64,000 bases of DNA, taken from Centroscyllium fabricii. Its lineage: Eukaryota. The stretch's first letter is position 1; every line of letters starts with the position of its first letter. The notes under the pieces were generated by a model. The model did no database searches, was not told the DNA's origin, and saw only the letters and a list, made by a program, of their open reading frames with translations. This document shows positions 35,474 through 48,914 of the stretch, piece by piece. Position numbers and translations under genes: made by a program. The stretch is from positions 140,740,001 to 140,804,000 of the forward strand of contig JBNRSN020000007.1 in the NCBI GenBank assembly GCA_051313645.2, written 5' to 3'.

Positions 35474-36508
35474 AATGTTGCAGAATGTGAGGCTGTGCAG
35501 TCTCCAGCAGCAACCCTAGGACAGCTGACCTGTTTCGGCGGGAAAAACAGGCCCCATGTGACCCTCGGGGTTACATTTTGGGGGCAGAGAGACAACGGCC
35601 AGAGCTGGAGATACAGACTGGAAGAGAGAAAGAGAGAGAGCTGGAGACACAGACAGACAGGCAGGAGCTCTGAAAAGAGGGCTCAGGAGGCAAATGGCTG
35701 CGACATCCTGCCTCGGGCTTCCAAACTCGGCCGCCGCCCTTCTTATTAGTAGCACTGCATTCTGAACTGGCCGGCTGCAAGTCACCAGTACCGGGGGATC
35801 GTCGAGAGAGAGAGAGAGAGAGAGTCACCAACTCCAGCTGCTGCTGTGTGCTCTGCATCCAGAACTCAAAGTGGAATCCAGTGAACATTGAAGAGAATTC
35901 AACGAAGGGGTTCGGATTTGTAAGTCTTGCAGACATTATACATACCATGAGCTCCAACTTAAGCGCGCCAACGAAAGAGGTCTGATACAGGTTGTGTTAA
36001 TTGAACACATTCTAGAGTGCACTCAAATTTGGACACAGGGACAGATTCTCCTTTGAATCCATGTAAATGGGGAATGTATATTTATTATGTCTAGATTTGT
36101 TCCAATGTGTACAAATGTCTAATTTAGTTGATTGACCTGTAATCTTCTTATACTGTTTGTTGTTAAAACTATAAAGTAAGATAATTAGAATTAAGCCATT
36201 GTAGTAGTGACCTCCTTACTGGACTATAGAATACTGCATATAACAGAGACCACATCTCAAATATATCTAAAGAACCGTGAAGGGGTTACACTATTTTTGT
36301 AATATTTTAATATTTTACTCTAAAAACAAAGATGTTAGTGTGTAACTAATGTGGACATTAGGAATGGATATTTCAACCTAGCCATACCTAACTGTGGTAC
36401 ACTGCATAGTTAACTGGCTATATCATGTGTGGATTGATGTATATTTTTCTTGTTCAAGGTAATTGTGTTGTTCTTGTGGGCACAACATTGATCAGCCAGC
36501 TTAGACCC

Positions 36509-36590
36509 ATGGATCTGAACAATACTGCTGCTGTTCTTCTTCTTGCTGTAATTTTATGGCCAAGTGTCCGATCAGAGATGCTGACATCAG
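36509..36590 (+). CDS. IL13RA2: IL-13 receptor alpha-2 homolog, first coding exon (signal peptide)
   Basis: MDLNNTAAVLLLAVILWPSVRSEMLTS; donor CAG|GTATGA, phase 1; likely acceptor TTCAAG ending 36458. Confidence 0.85.
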
Positions 36591-36706
36591 GTATGACCAC
36601 AAGAATGGGATGCTGTACAATTACTAAAACCTGTTCTTTAATTATGTAACTTTTCAAAATCTTTTAATTCCGAATTCCTCTTTAAAAAGATGTTATCTTG
36701 TTTCAG

Positions 36707-36858
36707 TTGATCCACCTACTGACCTGCAGATCACAGACCCTGGCCATCTGGGCCCACTTCATATACGTTGGAAAGCTCCGCTCAGTTTAAGCAGCAAGAA
36801 ATTGTGTGTGGTCCGATACATGTTGGGGTATTGCAATGTAGATTCAACAAATTGTAAG
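36707..36858 (+). CDS. IL13RA2: IL13RA2 exon, D1 first half
   Basis: VDPPTDLQITDPGHLGPLHIRWKAPLSL...; resembles human VNPPQDFEIVDPGYLGYLYLQWQPPLSL; AG/GT boundaries, 152 nt. Confidence 0.93.
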
Positions 36859-37905
36859 GTAAATGAAACTCATTGAATATGAAGCGTGACTTTTCCAGAT
36901 ATATAATTTTAGAATACTGTTACTATTTCCATGTACAAGAAGGGGAACTTAGATCCGTGTAGAAAATCCAAAGTGACCTAAATCAGGAGCAGTTTAAAAA
37001 GAAATGGGGGCAACCAGCCCGATGTTCCCTCTGTGTGTTAACTGTTTAAAATAAACCTTCCATGGCAATTTTCTCACATCTGCACTACCCTGTACAGTTA
37101 GGAGGATATGATTGCCCAGCCCAGCAAGAGGTATCATAGATACCATTGATAAGGATGGTATGTCTCCATGGAGGACATCAGTGCCACTAATTGGTTGATC
37201 CATCAGGAGCCATCTTTGAGAAGTGTAGGCAGGAATTACCTCATCAGTTTTCTTATTCTCCCAAGGCTAGCTGAGGTTAATGAAACTTATGCCTGGGAAA
37301 GCCTGCACACACACATTATTCTGTTCATTCACTTACAACGTAATAACTTGGATAGGAAGCTAAGTGTTCCTTTTTTTTGATCTCACTGGACCATTGATGA
37401 CATCCTTAAACTAATGGAATGCCCCTCAGCAATATCAGAGTGTCTTGCATGCAACATTTGATTGGCAAAGGTATATGAGGTTGAAAAATCAAATCATTTT
37501 GATGTGGTGGGAAATATATCTGAAAAGGGACTTAAATTGTGAACAAAACAAAACAGTCTCTAATTGGTTTAAAGTTTATTTGAAGTACATTTTTTGTTTC
37601 TATTTCTGCATTGCCCACCATAAAAAAAAGGTTTCCTGCTTCTGTATTAGCATGTTTGCTGTCATTACAGATTTCTCTAATCCACAGTGGGCTCACAGTT
37701 CTTTTTGCAGGCCATTTTGTGGCAGTTCACTGGGACATATGGAAGATTGGCACAAATCTATCCTTTTCTAAAATCACTTCGAGACAGGGTGGTGCAGTGA
37801 GTTAACACACAGCACTTTCACCGCTGGGTGAATAGTCAAGGATGGTGGGATGAAAACCTTCTCCTTCTGTCTGCTGCAATATCCTGTGTGAAATGAATGC
37901 GAGTA

Positions 37906-38197
37906 CAGGTTGAACACCATTAATCCGGCAGGGTCGGGACCAGCACCCTACCGGATTGTTGAAAATGCCGACTGATTGAAGCCACGGCGGTGCATGTGCA
38001 CAGCATTCAAAACGGCTGCCGTGAAATTTTGAATGATCTGCGCATGCGCCGCTGAACGGCAAGCACATGCGCAGATCATTTGCCGAAGCATCAATCGCGG
38101 TGGCCATTTTGCACATGCGCAGGGCAGTCGGGGCAATTTATACCAGACGACTGAAGCTGCCGGCTTAACGGCTAACGGATTAACAGTGTTCAACCTG
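37906..38197. mobile_element. pogo/Tigger-like MITE
   Basis: TA|CAGGTTGAACAC...GTGTTCAACCTG|TA. Confidence 0.85.
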
Positions 38198-38252
38198 TAC
38201 TGTCAACCCATATTCTAGTGCGCATGATCCCATAGTACAAAACTGACACTGT

Positions 38253-40480
38253 TACAAAAGCAAAATACTGCAGATGCTGGAAGTCTGAAATAACAACAGA
38301 AAATGCTGGGACTACTCAGCAGGTCAGGCAGCGTCTGTGGAGAGAGAAACAGAGTTAACGTTTCAGGTCAATGACCTTTTGTCAGAACGGGAACAAGTTA
38401 GAGGTGTAACCGGTTTTAAGCAAGTACAGAGGCAGAGAAAGGGGGAGGGGAGGAAAGAACAAAAGGGAAGGTCTGTGATAGGGTGGAAAGCAGGAGATAT
38501 TAAATGACAAAAGCGATGAGGGTGCAAGAGAAAAGGAGATGGTAATGGGACAAGTAAAGAAACAAAAAGATGGGCCTAGAGGAGGTGAAAATGGAAATAT
38601 CAGAATCATTATCAACAGCTGCTGTCTGGAAAAAATAGAGGCAAAGGTTATGACCTAAAATTGTTGAACTCAATGTTGAGTCCGGAAGGCTGTAAAATGC
38701 CTAATAGGAAGATGAGGTGCTGTTCCTCGAGCTTACGTTGAGCTTCATTGGAAAAGTGTAGAAGGCCAAGAACAGAGAGGTCAGAGTGGAAGTGGGGCGG
38801 AGAATTAAAATGACAGATGACCGGAAGCTCGGGGTCACTCTTATGGATTGAATGCAGGTGTTCTGCAAAGCAGTCACCCAATCTGCGTTTGGTCTCCCCG
38901 ATGTAGAGGAGACTGCATCGTGAGCAGTGAATACAGTATACTAAATTGCAAGAAGTACAAGTAAATCGCTGTTTCACCTGGAAGGGGTGTTTGGGGCCCT
39001 GGATGGTGTGAAGTGAGGAGGTAAAAGGGAAGGTGTTGCATCTCCTGCGCTTGCACGGGAAGGTGTTGTGGGAAGGGGAGCGGGTGATGGGGGTGATAGA
39101 AGAGCGGGCCAGGGTGTCACGGAGGAAACGGTCCCTTTGGAATGCTCAAAGGGGAGGGGAAGAGCAGATGTGTTTGGTGGTGGGATCACGCTGGAAATGA
39201 TGGAGGATGATCTGTTGAATGTGAATACTGGTGGGGTGGAAGGTGGGGACAAGGGGAACCCTATCATGGTTCTGGAAGGGAGGGGAAGGGGTGAGAGAAG
39301 AAGTGCAGGAAATGGACAGAACATGGTAGAGGGCTGTGTCAACCACGGTAGAGGGGAATCCTCGGTTGAGGAAAAAGGAAGACATGTCGGAAGCACTGGT
39401 ATGAAAGGTGGCATCGTCGGAGCAGATGTGGCGGAGACAGAGAAACTGTGAGAATGGAATAGACTTCCTTACAGGAAGCAGGGTAGGAGGAAGTGCAGTC
39501 CAGGTAGCTGTAGGAGTCAGTGGGCTAATAGTGGATATTTGTTGATAGCCTATCCCCAGAGATGGAGTCAGAGAAGTCAAGGAAGGGAAGAGTCGGAGAT
39601 GGACCATGTGCTGGTGAGGGAAGAGTGGAAATTGGACACAAAGTTGATGACATTTTCCAGTTTGTGGTGAGAGCAGGAAACGGCATCAATACATTCATCA
39701 ATGTACCGGAAAAAGAAGTGAGGGAGTAGAACTGGAACAAAGTATGTTCCACATATCCCATGAAAAGGCAGGCATAGCTAGGACCCAAATTGATTCCCAT
39801 AGCAACACCTTTTAGATGGAGGAAATGAGTGGAGTCAAAGGAGAAGTTTTCAATGTGAGAACAAGTTCAGCCAGGCAGAGGAGGGCGGTGGTGGATGGGG
39901 ACTGGTTGGGTCTCTGTTCAAGGAGGAAGCGGAGCGCCCTCAGGCTGTCCTGGTGGGTAATTGAAGTGTAGAGGGATTGGATGTCCACAGTGAAAAGGAG
40001 AAGGTTATGGCCAAGAAACTGGAAACTGTTAAAGTGGGTGAGGGCATTGTAAGAGTTGCGGGTGTAGGTAGGGAGAGACTGGATAAGACGAGACAAAAAT
40101 AGAGTCGCGATAGGAGGAAATCAGTTCCGTGGGGCAAGAACAAGCTGAAATGATGGGTCTACCAGGGCAGTCCTGTTTGTGGATCTTGGGAAGGAGGTAG
40201 AAGCGGGCTGTGTGTGGTTGGGGAACTCTGAGATTGGAAGCTGTGGAGGGAAGATCTCCAGCAGAGATGCGGTGAGTGACAGGCTTGGAAATGACTGATT
40301 GATGTTCGGTGATGGGGTCATGGTCCAGGGGGCGGTAGGAGGAGGTGTCATGGAGTTGGTGTTCAACCTCCGCAAGGTAGAGGTTGGTTTGCCAAACAAC
40401 AATACCGGCACCCTTGTCAGCCGGTTTAATGACAAGGTTAGGGTTGGATCTCGCAGAATGGAGTTCTGCAAGTTCAGAGG
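38253..40480 (-). mobile_element. Degraded Penelope-like element (RT plus GIY-YIG endonuclease)
   Basis: NLVYCIHCSRCSLLYIGETKRRL..FAEH (38648-38977); RT pieces MG..LGPSYACLFMG and KSIPFSQF; decayed hammerhead in the terminal repeat near 38350-38388. Confidence 0.88.
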
Positions 40481-40915
40481 GAGATAACTAATTGGCAACT
40501 CGTCTCAAAGGATGGCTAATGTGTGATGTTTAGATATTCACATTGGTGCAATAAAGGGTTCGCTTCTGAGGTTGGAGCTAAGGAACTAGTTAGGCTAGTT
40601 AGAACAGGGTAAAAGAAGGTGACTGTGTCATACCTCACATAGGAGTGTTTGACAGTGACATTGGATGACCAAATTGGAAAAGAAAATCTTTCATTCCCTA
40701 TCACTGATGTTCTTCATCTTGAAAAATGTAAAAAATCCTCCATTTGTTTTGGATCCTTTCTCCCCCTAAGGGATAATCTCACAGCTGTTCTGGTTTAAAC
40801 AAAGAACTCAATTTATGGGAACAGTAAATTCAAATGTCTTCTACCATTCTTGAGAAGGATGGAATGGGGAATATTTTTATCTTTTAAACTGTGATGGATT
40901 TATTTCTTCTGACAG

Positions 40916-41069
40916 CGTGTAATCACCAGGCAACTGGAGTACACTGATGGATTTAACCTCAACAAGGGGATAAATGTGAAAATCCAGACGTTAGTAAAAG
41001 AACAATGTATAAATGGGACTGAGCTGCACAGTAACTGGGTTGAAATAGTATACTGGCCACCCATGGAAG
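40916..41069 (+). CDS. IL13RA2: IL13RA2 exon, D1 second half
   Basis: RVITRQLEYTDGFNLNKGINVKIQTLVKEQCINGTELHSNW; resembles human YKDGFDLNKGIEAKIHTL..QCTNGSEVQSSW; 154 nt. Confidence 0.93.
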
Positions 41070-41619
41070 GTAAACTGCTACATCTACAAGAAATCATGTT
41101 TCAATTCTCTCCTGTTGCTTTGTGAAGTGATAAATGCTAATGATATTTATTAGTTATAAGATAGGTAATTATATTTATAGATAAATAACATGAAATACTG
41201 GATGTATATTCAGTTTTTCCAATCTCCTTAATAAACAAGTGAAATAAACAAATACCTTCATTGCATGCACTGCAGCGGTTCAAGAAGGCGGCTCACCACC
41301 ACTTTCTCAAGGGCAACGAGGGATGGGCAATACATTTTGGCCTTGCCAGTGACACCCATGTCCCAAGAATTTTTTTTTATTTCAAATTATGAATTCCAAC
41401 TATTTTTGCATCCCGCCAAGACAGATGACCTGCTGTACTTTGAATGTATTCATTCAGAAGTCTGTTCTAACCAAACTGGTAAATATTATGGACTAACATA
41501 GATCTAGCATCTGTATACAGAAGGTCAATTTATATTCCTCAGTATCTACTAACTGGCACAAGCCAACTCCTCTGATGGATAGATTTTGAAGATGGCTGCT
41601 TAAACTGCCCAGACACTCT

Positions 41620-42747
41620 GGGGTCAATTTTCATGGAGCTGGCAGGCGGCTTTTTTGGTGGCTGGGGGGGAAAATTGCTAAAACGGGTCGCGCCCCCTCC
41701 CGCCATTTTCCCGCCAGCTTGTCAGTTTCACCCGGCGGGTCCGATCGGCCCGCTTCAGTCCTGCCCGGCATCAGTGGGGATGGGCATTAGGCTTATTAGG
41801 GGCCCTTAATTGGCATCTGTAATGCCATTTTAAGGGCCCATCTCTATTTTGAGCCTCTTCCCATGCAAATCTCGCCTGGTGGGAACCCTGCCATTGAAAC
41901 CTGGCGGACATGCAATCGGCTTGGTGACTTCCACCTTCAAGGCATTGAAGCACCTGCCGCAGAATGGCTTCCTGGCCTCCAACATGCTGGAGGTCTATCT
42001 ATTTTTTATCCCAAATTGGCTACTGGGTTTTTTATCTGGTTTTTCGCCTCTCCCGGGTGATCACATATGTTTGGGTGGGATGGAAAGTTAAAATAAAATT
42101 GAGGTTGTGATCAGATCAGCCATGATCTTGTTGAATGGCGGAGCAGGCTCGAGGGGCCGATTGGCCTACTCCTGCTCCTATTTCTTATGTTCTTATGTTT
42201 TCTTATGTTATCTCCCTAGTGTGCCCAAGATTAGTGGGCAAAAACCTTTAAAAAGCTTACCTTCCAGCTGTTTCCCAGTGCTTCACAGACAGGCGCTCCA
42301 TAGCTGTCAGGAGCCTGCCAGTGAAACAAAGCACTTAGAGCTGTCAATCATTGAGTTGGTGTTAGTTTCTGTTGACAGTGGATTCTGATGTCACAATCCA
42401 CTGAAACCACAAACAAACAGAACAGACTAGTTAGAGTTGTCGATCATCGAGTTGCGGTTACATTCTGTTGACAGTGGATTATGACATCACAATGCCCTGA
42501 AACCACAGAAAGAAAAACACCAGACCACTTAGACCTGCCAGTCATCGGCTCTGCTGCTTACACAGTGGGAAGCCCACTGGCTTTCTATGTAAAATCAATC
42601 AATTGGCAGGGACTTCCCACACTCCAGGATTTCATTGGCCAACTGAGCCAAAATTCCGTGGAGCTTCCACACCCTTCAGAAAGCGGGAAGATAAAGTGAT
42701 CAACGGGGAACCCACCCATTCCCCACATCTTCAGGAAAATTGACCCC
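41620..42747. mobile_element. Harbinger-like MITE containing a CR1 3'-end fragment (~42000-42210)
   Basis: TIR GGGGTCAATTTTC / GAAAATTGACCCC; TSD TCT; shares an inverted block with 53506-54282. Confidence 0.72.
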
Positions 42748-43404
42748 TCTAACTCCTTCCAGAAGAGGAAGGATCACCACAAACTGATGTAAACATATAA
42801 ACATATTCCCATGATTAGTGTCATTCTTGTGCAATTATTGGTTATGGTGGTCCCAATTATAGACAGAGATTGGAGAACTGAGTGTGGTCAATCAGTACGA
42901 CCAGGTCAAGGAAAGACAAGCACTAGTGAAGTTGGAGATGCACTGGTAAGTAAATGTAATAGGAGAAAAGTTGTGCTAATATGCGTTGTGTCATTGAAAT
43001 GATGCAGCACACAATGGTTTCTGCATCTGTGCAGCATTGTCAGCTGCTGATGTTGGACTGAAACTAATGCAGCATTCACTGCCAGATACTCCAGATAGAA
43101 CAGGGATGAGTGTGGTGTGTCTGAGGTCTTTATTCGAATGTTAGTGTAATATTTGTGCTCATTGATGTGAATGTGGCACTAGATGAGTCTGTAGAGATGG
43201 CCCAACTAAAATGCAACAAAGTTTTAAACCTTGGTTGGTTGTGTTATGTTTTAAGCTTTGTAATTCTCCTTTAAACATCTGTTCCCGTCCAGCACTTCTA
43301 CTTTTTCTACTTATAACTCAGTGATGGGGGTTTGAATTACCTGTCCCAGTTATCCGTACTCTCATCTCATGGTTAAATATTTCAAAGCCAAAAACCTAGC
43401 TTTG

Positions 43405-44710
43405 TTACATACAACTTTCATTTATATAATACTTTAACGTTAAAAAATGACTGAAGGCACTTCATCAATAAGCCCAAGGAAAGCTGATGCCCCAGCCAGT
43501 TCGGAAGAACTTGGTCAAAGAGATGGGTTTCCAGAAGTTTTTTAAAGATGGCAAGCCATAGAGGTTAGGAGGGAATTTCAAAGAGTAGGACCCAGGCAGC
43601 CGAAAGCTCAGAATAGCAATGGTGGGGCAAAGGGAGGGGTTGCACAGAAAGGTGGAGTCAGAAGAATGTCACGTTTGTGGGGGGGGTGGGGGGCGAATGT
43701 AGGGCTGATGGTGGTCAGGGAGAGGGGTGGAATCAATGACAAGGGAGCAGATTTTGTGACGGGGGCCAGGAGATTGCTTTGGTCTTCCCGATGTTAAGCT
43801 GGAGGAAGTTATGACTTCATCCAGCACTGGATATCGGACAAGCAGTCTGACATTACAATTGTAGGCTGAGAGAGGTGATGGAGCTGGGTGTCATCAACGA
43901 ACAGGTGAAAGCTGACCCTGTGTCTATGGTATCACTGAGAGACAGCCTTGTAATTGAGGAAGATGAAGGGTCGAGGTTAGATCCTTAGGGGACTTTAAAG
44001 GTTTGGTGCAAAGGAGAGAAGAATAGCTGATGCTGGAGATGTAATAGCCATGTCTTTGCATAGTTAGAACTGGAACCATGTGAGGGTAGTTCAATGGAGC
44101 TGAGAGACAAAGGTGTTGGAGGACAATGAGTTGGCTACCCATGTCGAACGCTGTAGAGAGGATGAGGTGGGACAATGTATTGGGATCACAATCTCAAGAA
44201 TGTTGTATGTAACTTTGGTTGGGGCAGTTCAGTATTTGGAGAAGGACGGAAGCCAGACTGGAAGTTAAAAGAGGGAGCTTCGGGGAAGGTGGGCATGGAG
44301 CATTTGGTGATGATGCATTTGAGGACTTTAGAGAGAAAGGGGAGTTGGGAGATTGGAGAGGTGCTGGCAGGTGGTGAGATCGGAAGGGTTGGGGTGGGAG
44401 TTTTGAGAAAAGGGATGGTAACAACAGTTTTGAAGGGGAAAGAGTTGGTGATTAAGAAGAAGGAACTTTTAACGATATCAACATGGCCAGGAAGAGGAGT
44501 TGAGTAGGGAAGGGGTCAAGACATCAGTGGACGAGATGAATTTTTAGAGGGTAGAGGCGGGGAAGTGGGAGAGACTGAGGAAAGACAGAACAGGGCCAGA
44601 GTTCAGTGGAGCTGGGACCTGAGCAGAGAGGAAGGGAAGAAATGCAGCCGGGGCAGGTGCATGGATGGCCTGGATCTTGGTCTCAAAGAAATCATGAGCT
44701 CCTCACACTT
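43405..44710 (-). mobile_element. Old L2-like LINE fragment
   Basis: Decayed RT motifs (SNLPFLSKVL, LSTAFD) on -; L2-type 3' end near 43415. Confidence 0.55.
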
Positions 44711-44711
44711 A

Positions 44712-46221
44712 GGGGGGAACTTTCCCAGCCCTGAGGAGGTGGATTTGGAGGTGGCAATTGATATACGTGCAACATTCGCTCCCTATCAATGCACAGGTTC
44801 CTCCTTCATTTGCCAGCAGATAATCTATTGCCATTCTATTCTTTAGTTTCATTACTCTTATTGCTACTATCTCAGCGCTCATTTCTGAAAATCCTTCCTC
44901 AGTCTCATTTGCTACTATCTCTATCAGGTCTGCTAGCTTGCTTACTTCCACCATCAACTTTCCTATTCCATATGAGGGTAAAAATATTCCAAATACTCCT
45001 TCATACGTTGCTATTGCTCTTCTAATCCTGCTAAATTCATGATGTTCTCCTATATCTTCTAGGATGTGAATATAAGGCACTACATAACCTAAATAGCATA
45101 ATCCTATCCAATTATGTGGCAACCATAAATAGGCTCTGTTTCCACAAATAAAATAGGTACAGATGTAGGTTGTTAAATTCTCTGCTCCTCCTATAATCCA
45201 TAGGCGGAAAGCATCGCCAGCCCATAGAGATTTACTGGTCTTATTATATACGTTGGTCCAATTTAATCCAAACATTCCCTTATTGATCAGGCCAGAAACG
45301 GGTGGTTGCCACGTGACTGTTTAATTACAATAACTTTCCCCCACACTTCTTTCTATTTTCTTACCTATTATAACCTCCTTTTTAAAACATAATGAACCCT
45401 TTGGTCTGCCAATTCCTGAGGTGTTGGTTAGGGAAAGTGATGGGGACATTCTGCTATGATTATAATTAGGCTGGTACCATCCCTGGAAGGTGGTTAGGTT
45501 ATAACCTGCTGATTTCAACCCCGCTCCCAACCCGCCTCCGAACCATCTTCACAGGACACGGGATCAGAGCCAATTAACTGCCTGTTAACAGGTAGTTAAC
45601 AGGCAGTTAAGAGACTTTTCACCATTCTCCGCCTGCTGACGTGGGCTTCCCGACAGTGGGAAACCCCGCCAGGGTCAGCGAGGCGAACTGTGGGTCTGCT
45701 GCAGTGTAAGTGTGCAAATGACAGCTGTAGTGTGATAGGTGCAATGGTGCACAAGTAAGTATGACAGGTGAGAGAATGCAGTAAGACATATTTTTATTCT
45801 GTTTATAGGTATCTGCAGGTGACAAGATTTGATGGTTCTGTGAAGCCTCATCTGATCGGAAGAATTGACAGATGGTTTCTGCAATCTCACATGCAGCTGC
45901 CATCTGTTTTCTCCTAAGGAGAGAGTCATTGGGGAGCCTAGGAGAGCCTAGTTGCAAGGGCTCACCTTTGGACATTGATTGTAAGTGTTTGACAGCACCT
46001 CAATGCTGTCAAATACTGACAATTCATCTGTCAAAAAATTATGGTGCCTGTCACTTTAACAAAACCGGCACTGACATCATCTGACACCAGCTTTCCCTTA
46101 ACTGGCCGACAAGCCAATTGGCAAAATAGTGTCTGTTCGTCAGACGTCACTGGGGGCGGGACTGAAACCCGAAAACCAGCAGCCCCACCTCGACCTCCAG
46201 ATCTATGCTAAAATCCAGCCC
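44712..46221. mobile_element. Probable Harbinger-like MITE enclosing the env fragment
   Basis: Degenerate ends GGGGGGAACTTT / AAAATCCAGCCC and GC-rich subterminal inverted motifs like the other MITEs. Confidence 0.4.
44760..45510 (-). pseudogene. Endogenous retrovirus env fragment (gamma-type SU C-terminus and TM ectodomain)
   Basis: YFICGNRAYLWLPHNWIGLCYLG, furin site RIRR, fusion peptide, ISD LKNRMAIDYLLANEGGTC, CX6CC (CALIGSECC); one in-frame stop at 45321. Confidence 0.9.
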
Positions 46222-46433
46222 TGAGTGTCTGAAATGAGGGTGGAGTGAGCAGAGCACAGAGGTTTATGGACTTGGTTGGTCACGGGGAAAAAAGGCTTCT
46301 TACGATATTATCTATCCTGGCCCTCCTAGTTCTCTCCTTTGCTTGTCTAAGGTTCATCAAAAGCAACACTAGTTAACTTCCTCTTCTTAATTTCCTGCCC
46401 TCGCAGAATGCCTTGGAGTAAGCGATTCTTTAA

Positions 46434-46892
46434 GGAGTCAGCTTTGACTCAGTGGTTACAGTCTCGCCTGAGTCAGAAGGTCGGGAGTTCAAGTCCCACT
46501 CCAAAATCTGAACGCATAATGCAGGCTGACATTTCAATGCAGTACGGAGGCCAAGTTCCACTGTCTGATGTGCCGTCTGTTAGATGAGACTTTAAACTGA
46601 GGCCCCCGTCTGGCCCCCTCTGGTGCATGTAAAAGATCCCATGGCCCTTTTCAAATAAGAGCAGGAGGGTTCTCCCAGCGCCCTAACCGATACTTATCCC
46701 TCAACTAACACCAGTAAGACAGATTATCTGATCATTTATTTCATTGTGAGACCTTGCTGTGCACAAATTGGCTACCGTGTTGCCTACACTACAACAGTGA
46801 CTGCACTTCAAAAGCACTTTGTTGGCTGTAAAGTGCTTTGGGGTGTCCTGAGGTCATGAAGGCGCTATATAAATGCAGTTGTTCTTTCTTTC
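46434..46892 (+). mobile_element. tRNA-derived DeuSINE/SacSINE-like SINE with L2-type tail
   Basis: A/B boxes (TGACTCAGTGG, GAGTTCAAGTCC), central GGTGCATGTAAAAGATCCCATGGC, tail GGCGCTATATAAATGCA. Confidence 0.75.
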
Positions 46893-47232
46893 ATTCATTT
46901 CTGCTTCCATAGACATACTGAGTAAAGCCAATGAAATCAGACTGTTTAGAATGCACATCCTAAGATTATATAATATAAAAACAGAAAATGCTGGAAATAC
47001 TCAGCTGGTCAAGCAGCATTTGTGGAAAAAGAAACCGAGTTAACGTTTCAGGTCGCCAGAACTGGAAAAAGTTCGAGATGTAACAGATTTTTAAGCAAGT
47101 GCAGGTGCAGGAAGAGGGTGGGGGGAGGAAAGGACAAAAGGGAAGGTCTGTGTTAGGATGTTCAGAAGAAGAGATTAAATGACAAAAGGGATGATAGTAC
47201 AAAGCAAAAGGAGATGGTAATGGGACAAGTAA

Positions 47233-48914
47233 AGAATCATAGAATAGAATCATAGAATAGTTACAGCACAGAAGGAGGCCGTTCGACCCGTCAAGCCCAT
47301 GCCGGCTCTCTGCAAGAGCACCTCAACTAATCCCGCTCCCCTGTCCTTTCCCCGTAGCCCTGCAAAATGTTTTCCTTTTCTAATTCCCTTTTAAAAGCCA
47401 CGATTGAATCTGCCTCCATTTTTTCAGGCAGTGCATTCCAGATCCTAACCAGTCGCTGCGTAAAAGTGTTTTTCCTCATGTTGCCTTTGGTTCTTTTGTC
47501 AATCACCTTAAATCTGTGTCCTCTGGTTCTCGACCCTTCCGTCAATGGGAACAGTTTCTCTCTGTCGAGATCCCCCTTGATTTTGAACACCTTTATCAAA
47601 TCTTCTCTGCTCTAAGGAGAACAACCCCAGCTTCTCCAGTCTATCGATGTAACTGAAGTCCCTCATCCCTGGAACCATTCTTGTAAATCTTTTCTGTACC
47701 CTCTCTAAAGGCTTCACATCTTTCCTAAAGTGCAGTGCCCAGAATTGGACACAATACTCCAGCTGAGGCCAAACCAGTGTTTCATAAAAGTTCATCATAA
47801 CTTCCTTGTTTTTGTACCCTGTGCCTCTATTCATGAAGCCCAGGATCCCGTATGCTTTTTTAACCACTTTCTCAACCTGCCCTGCCACCTTCAACAATTT
47901 GTGCTCATATACCCCCAGGTCTCTCTATTCATGCACCCACTTTAGGATTGTATCCTTTAGTTTATATTGCCTCTCCTTGTTCTTCCTACCAAAATGTATC
48001 ACTTTGCACTTTTCTGTAATAAATTTCATCTGTCACGTGTCCGCCCATTCCACCAGCCTGTCTATGTCCTCTTGATGTCTATCACTATCCTCCTCATTGT
48101 TCACTATACAGGTTGAACTTCATTAATCCGGCACGGGCGGGACCAGGCCCGTACCGGATAAGTGAAAATCCCGACGATTGAAGTTTCGGCGAGCGCATGC
48201 GCAGACCATTCAAAATGGCTGCCGCGAAAGGCCGGCGGCCATTTTGAGTGGTCTGCGCATGCGCTGATCATTCGGGGAGGCTCGCAGCAGCCAGGCTCGG
48301 GAAAGCTCGCAGCGGCCAGGCTCGGGGAGGCTCGCAGCGGCCAGGCTCGGGGAGGCTCGTAGCGACCAGGCTCGGGGAGGCTCGCAGCGGCCAGGCTCGG
48401 GGAGGCTCGCAGCGGCCAGGCTCGGGGAGGCTCGCAGCGGCCAGGCTCGGGAAAGCTCGCAGCGGCCAGGCTCGGGGAGGCTCGCAGCGGCCAGGCTCGG
48501 GAACGCTTGCAGCGGCCAGGCTCGGGGAGGCTCGCAGCAGCCAGGCTCGGCTCGGGATCGGCTCGCCCATTGTGAATGATCTGCGCATGTGCTCGCCGTT
48601 CGGCGGCGCATGTGCAGATCATTCACCGAAGCATCGATCGCGGTGGCCATTTTGCGCATGTGCAGGGCAGTCAGGGAAATTATTGCTAGACGTTCGAAGT
48701 AGCCAGTTTTTCGGGTGCCGGATCAACGAAGTTCAACCTGGTACTTCCAAGTTGTGTTTCAACTGCAAATTCAGAAATTGTGCCCTGTACACCCAAGTCC
48801 AAGTCATTAATATATATCAAGAAAAGCAGTGGTCCTAGCACCGACCCCTGGGGAACACCAGTGTATACTGTCCTCCTGTCCGATAAACAACCATTCACCA
48901 ATACCCTCTGTTTC
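47233..48914 (-). mobile_element. 5'-truncated CR1 LINE
   Basis: GVPQGSVLGP, LEYCVQFW, RTRGH motifs; (ATTCTATG)-type tail. Confidence 0.9.
48109..48740. mobile_element. pogo/Tigger-like MITE with an internal 25-bp minisatellite (~11 copies, 48274-48550)
   Basis: TIR CAGGTTGAACTTC / GAAGTTCAACCTG after TA; unit GGCTCGCAGCGGCCAGGCTCGGGGA; same family as 37906-38197. Confidence 0.87.

Noticed and set aside
35480-36000. Possible solo LTR or unknown repeat with a (GA)n run
   Set aside because: No clear termini, TSD or second copy in the window
48104-48838. Several 100-200 aa ORFs with 25-aa periodicity
   Set aside because: Arise from the 25-bp minisatellite
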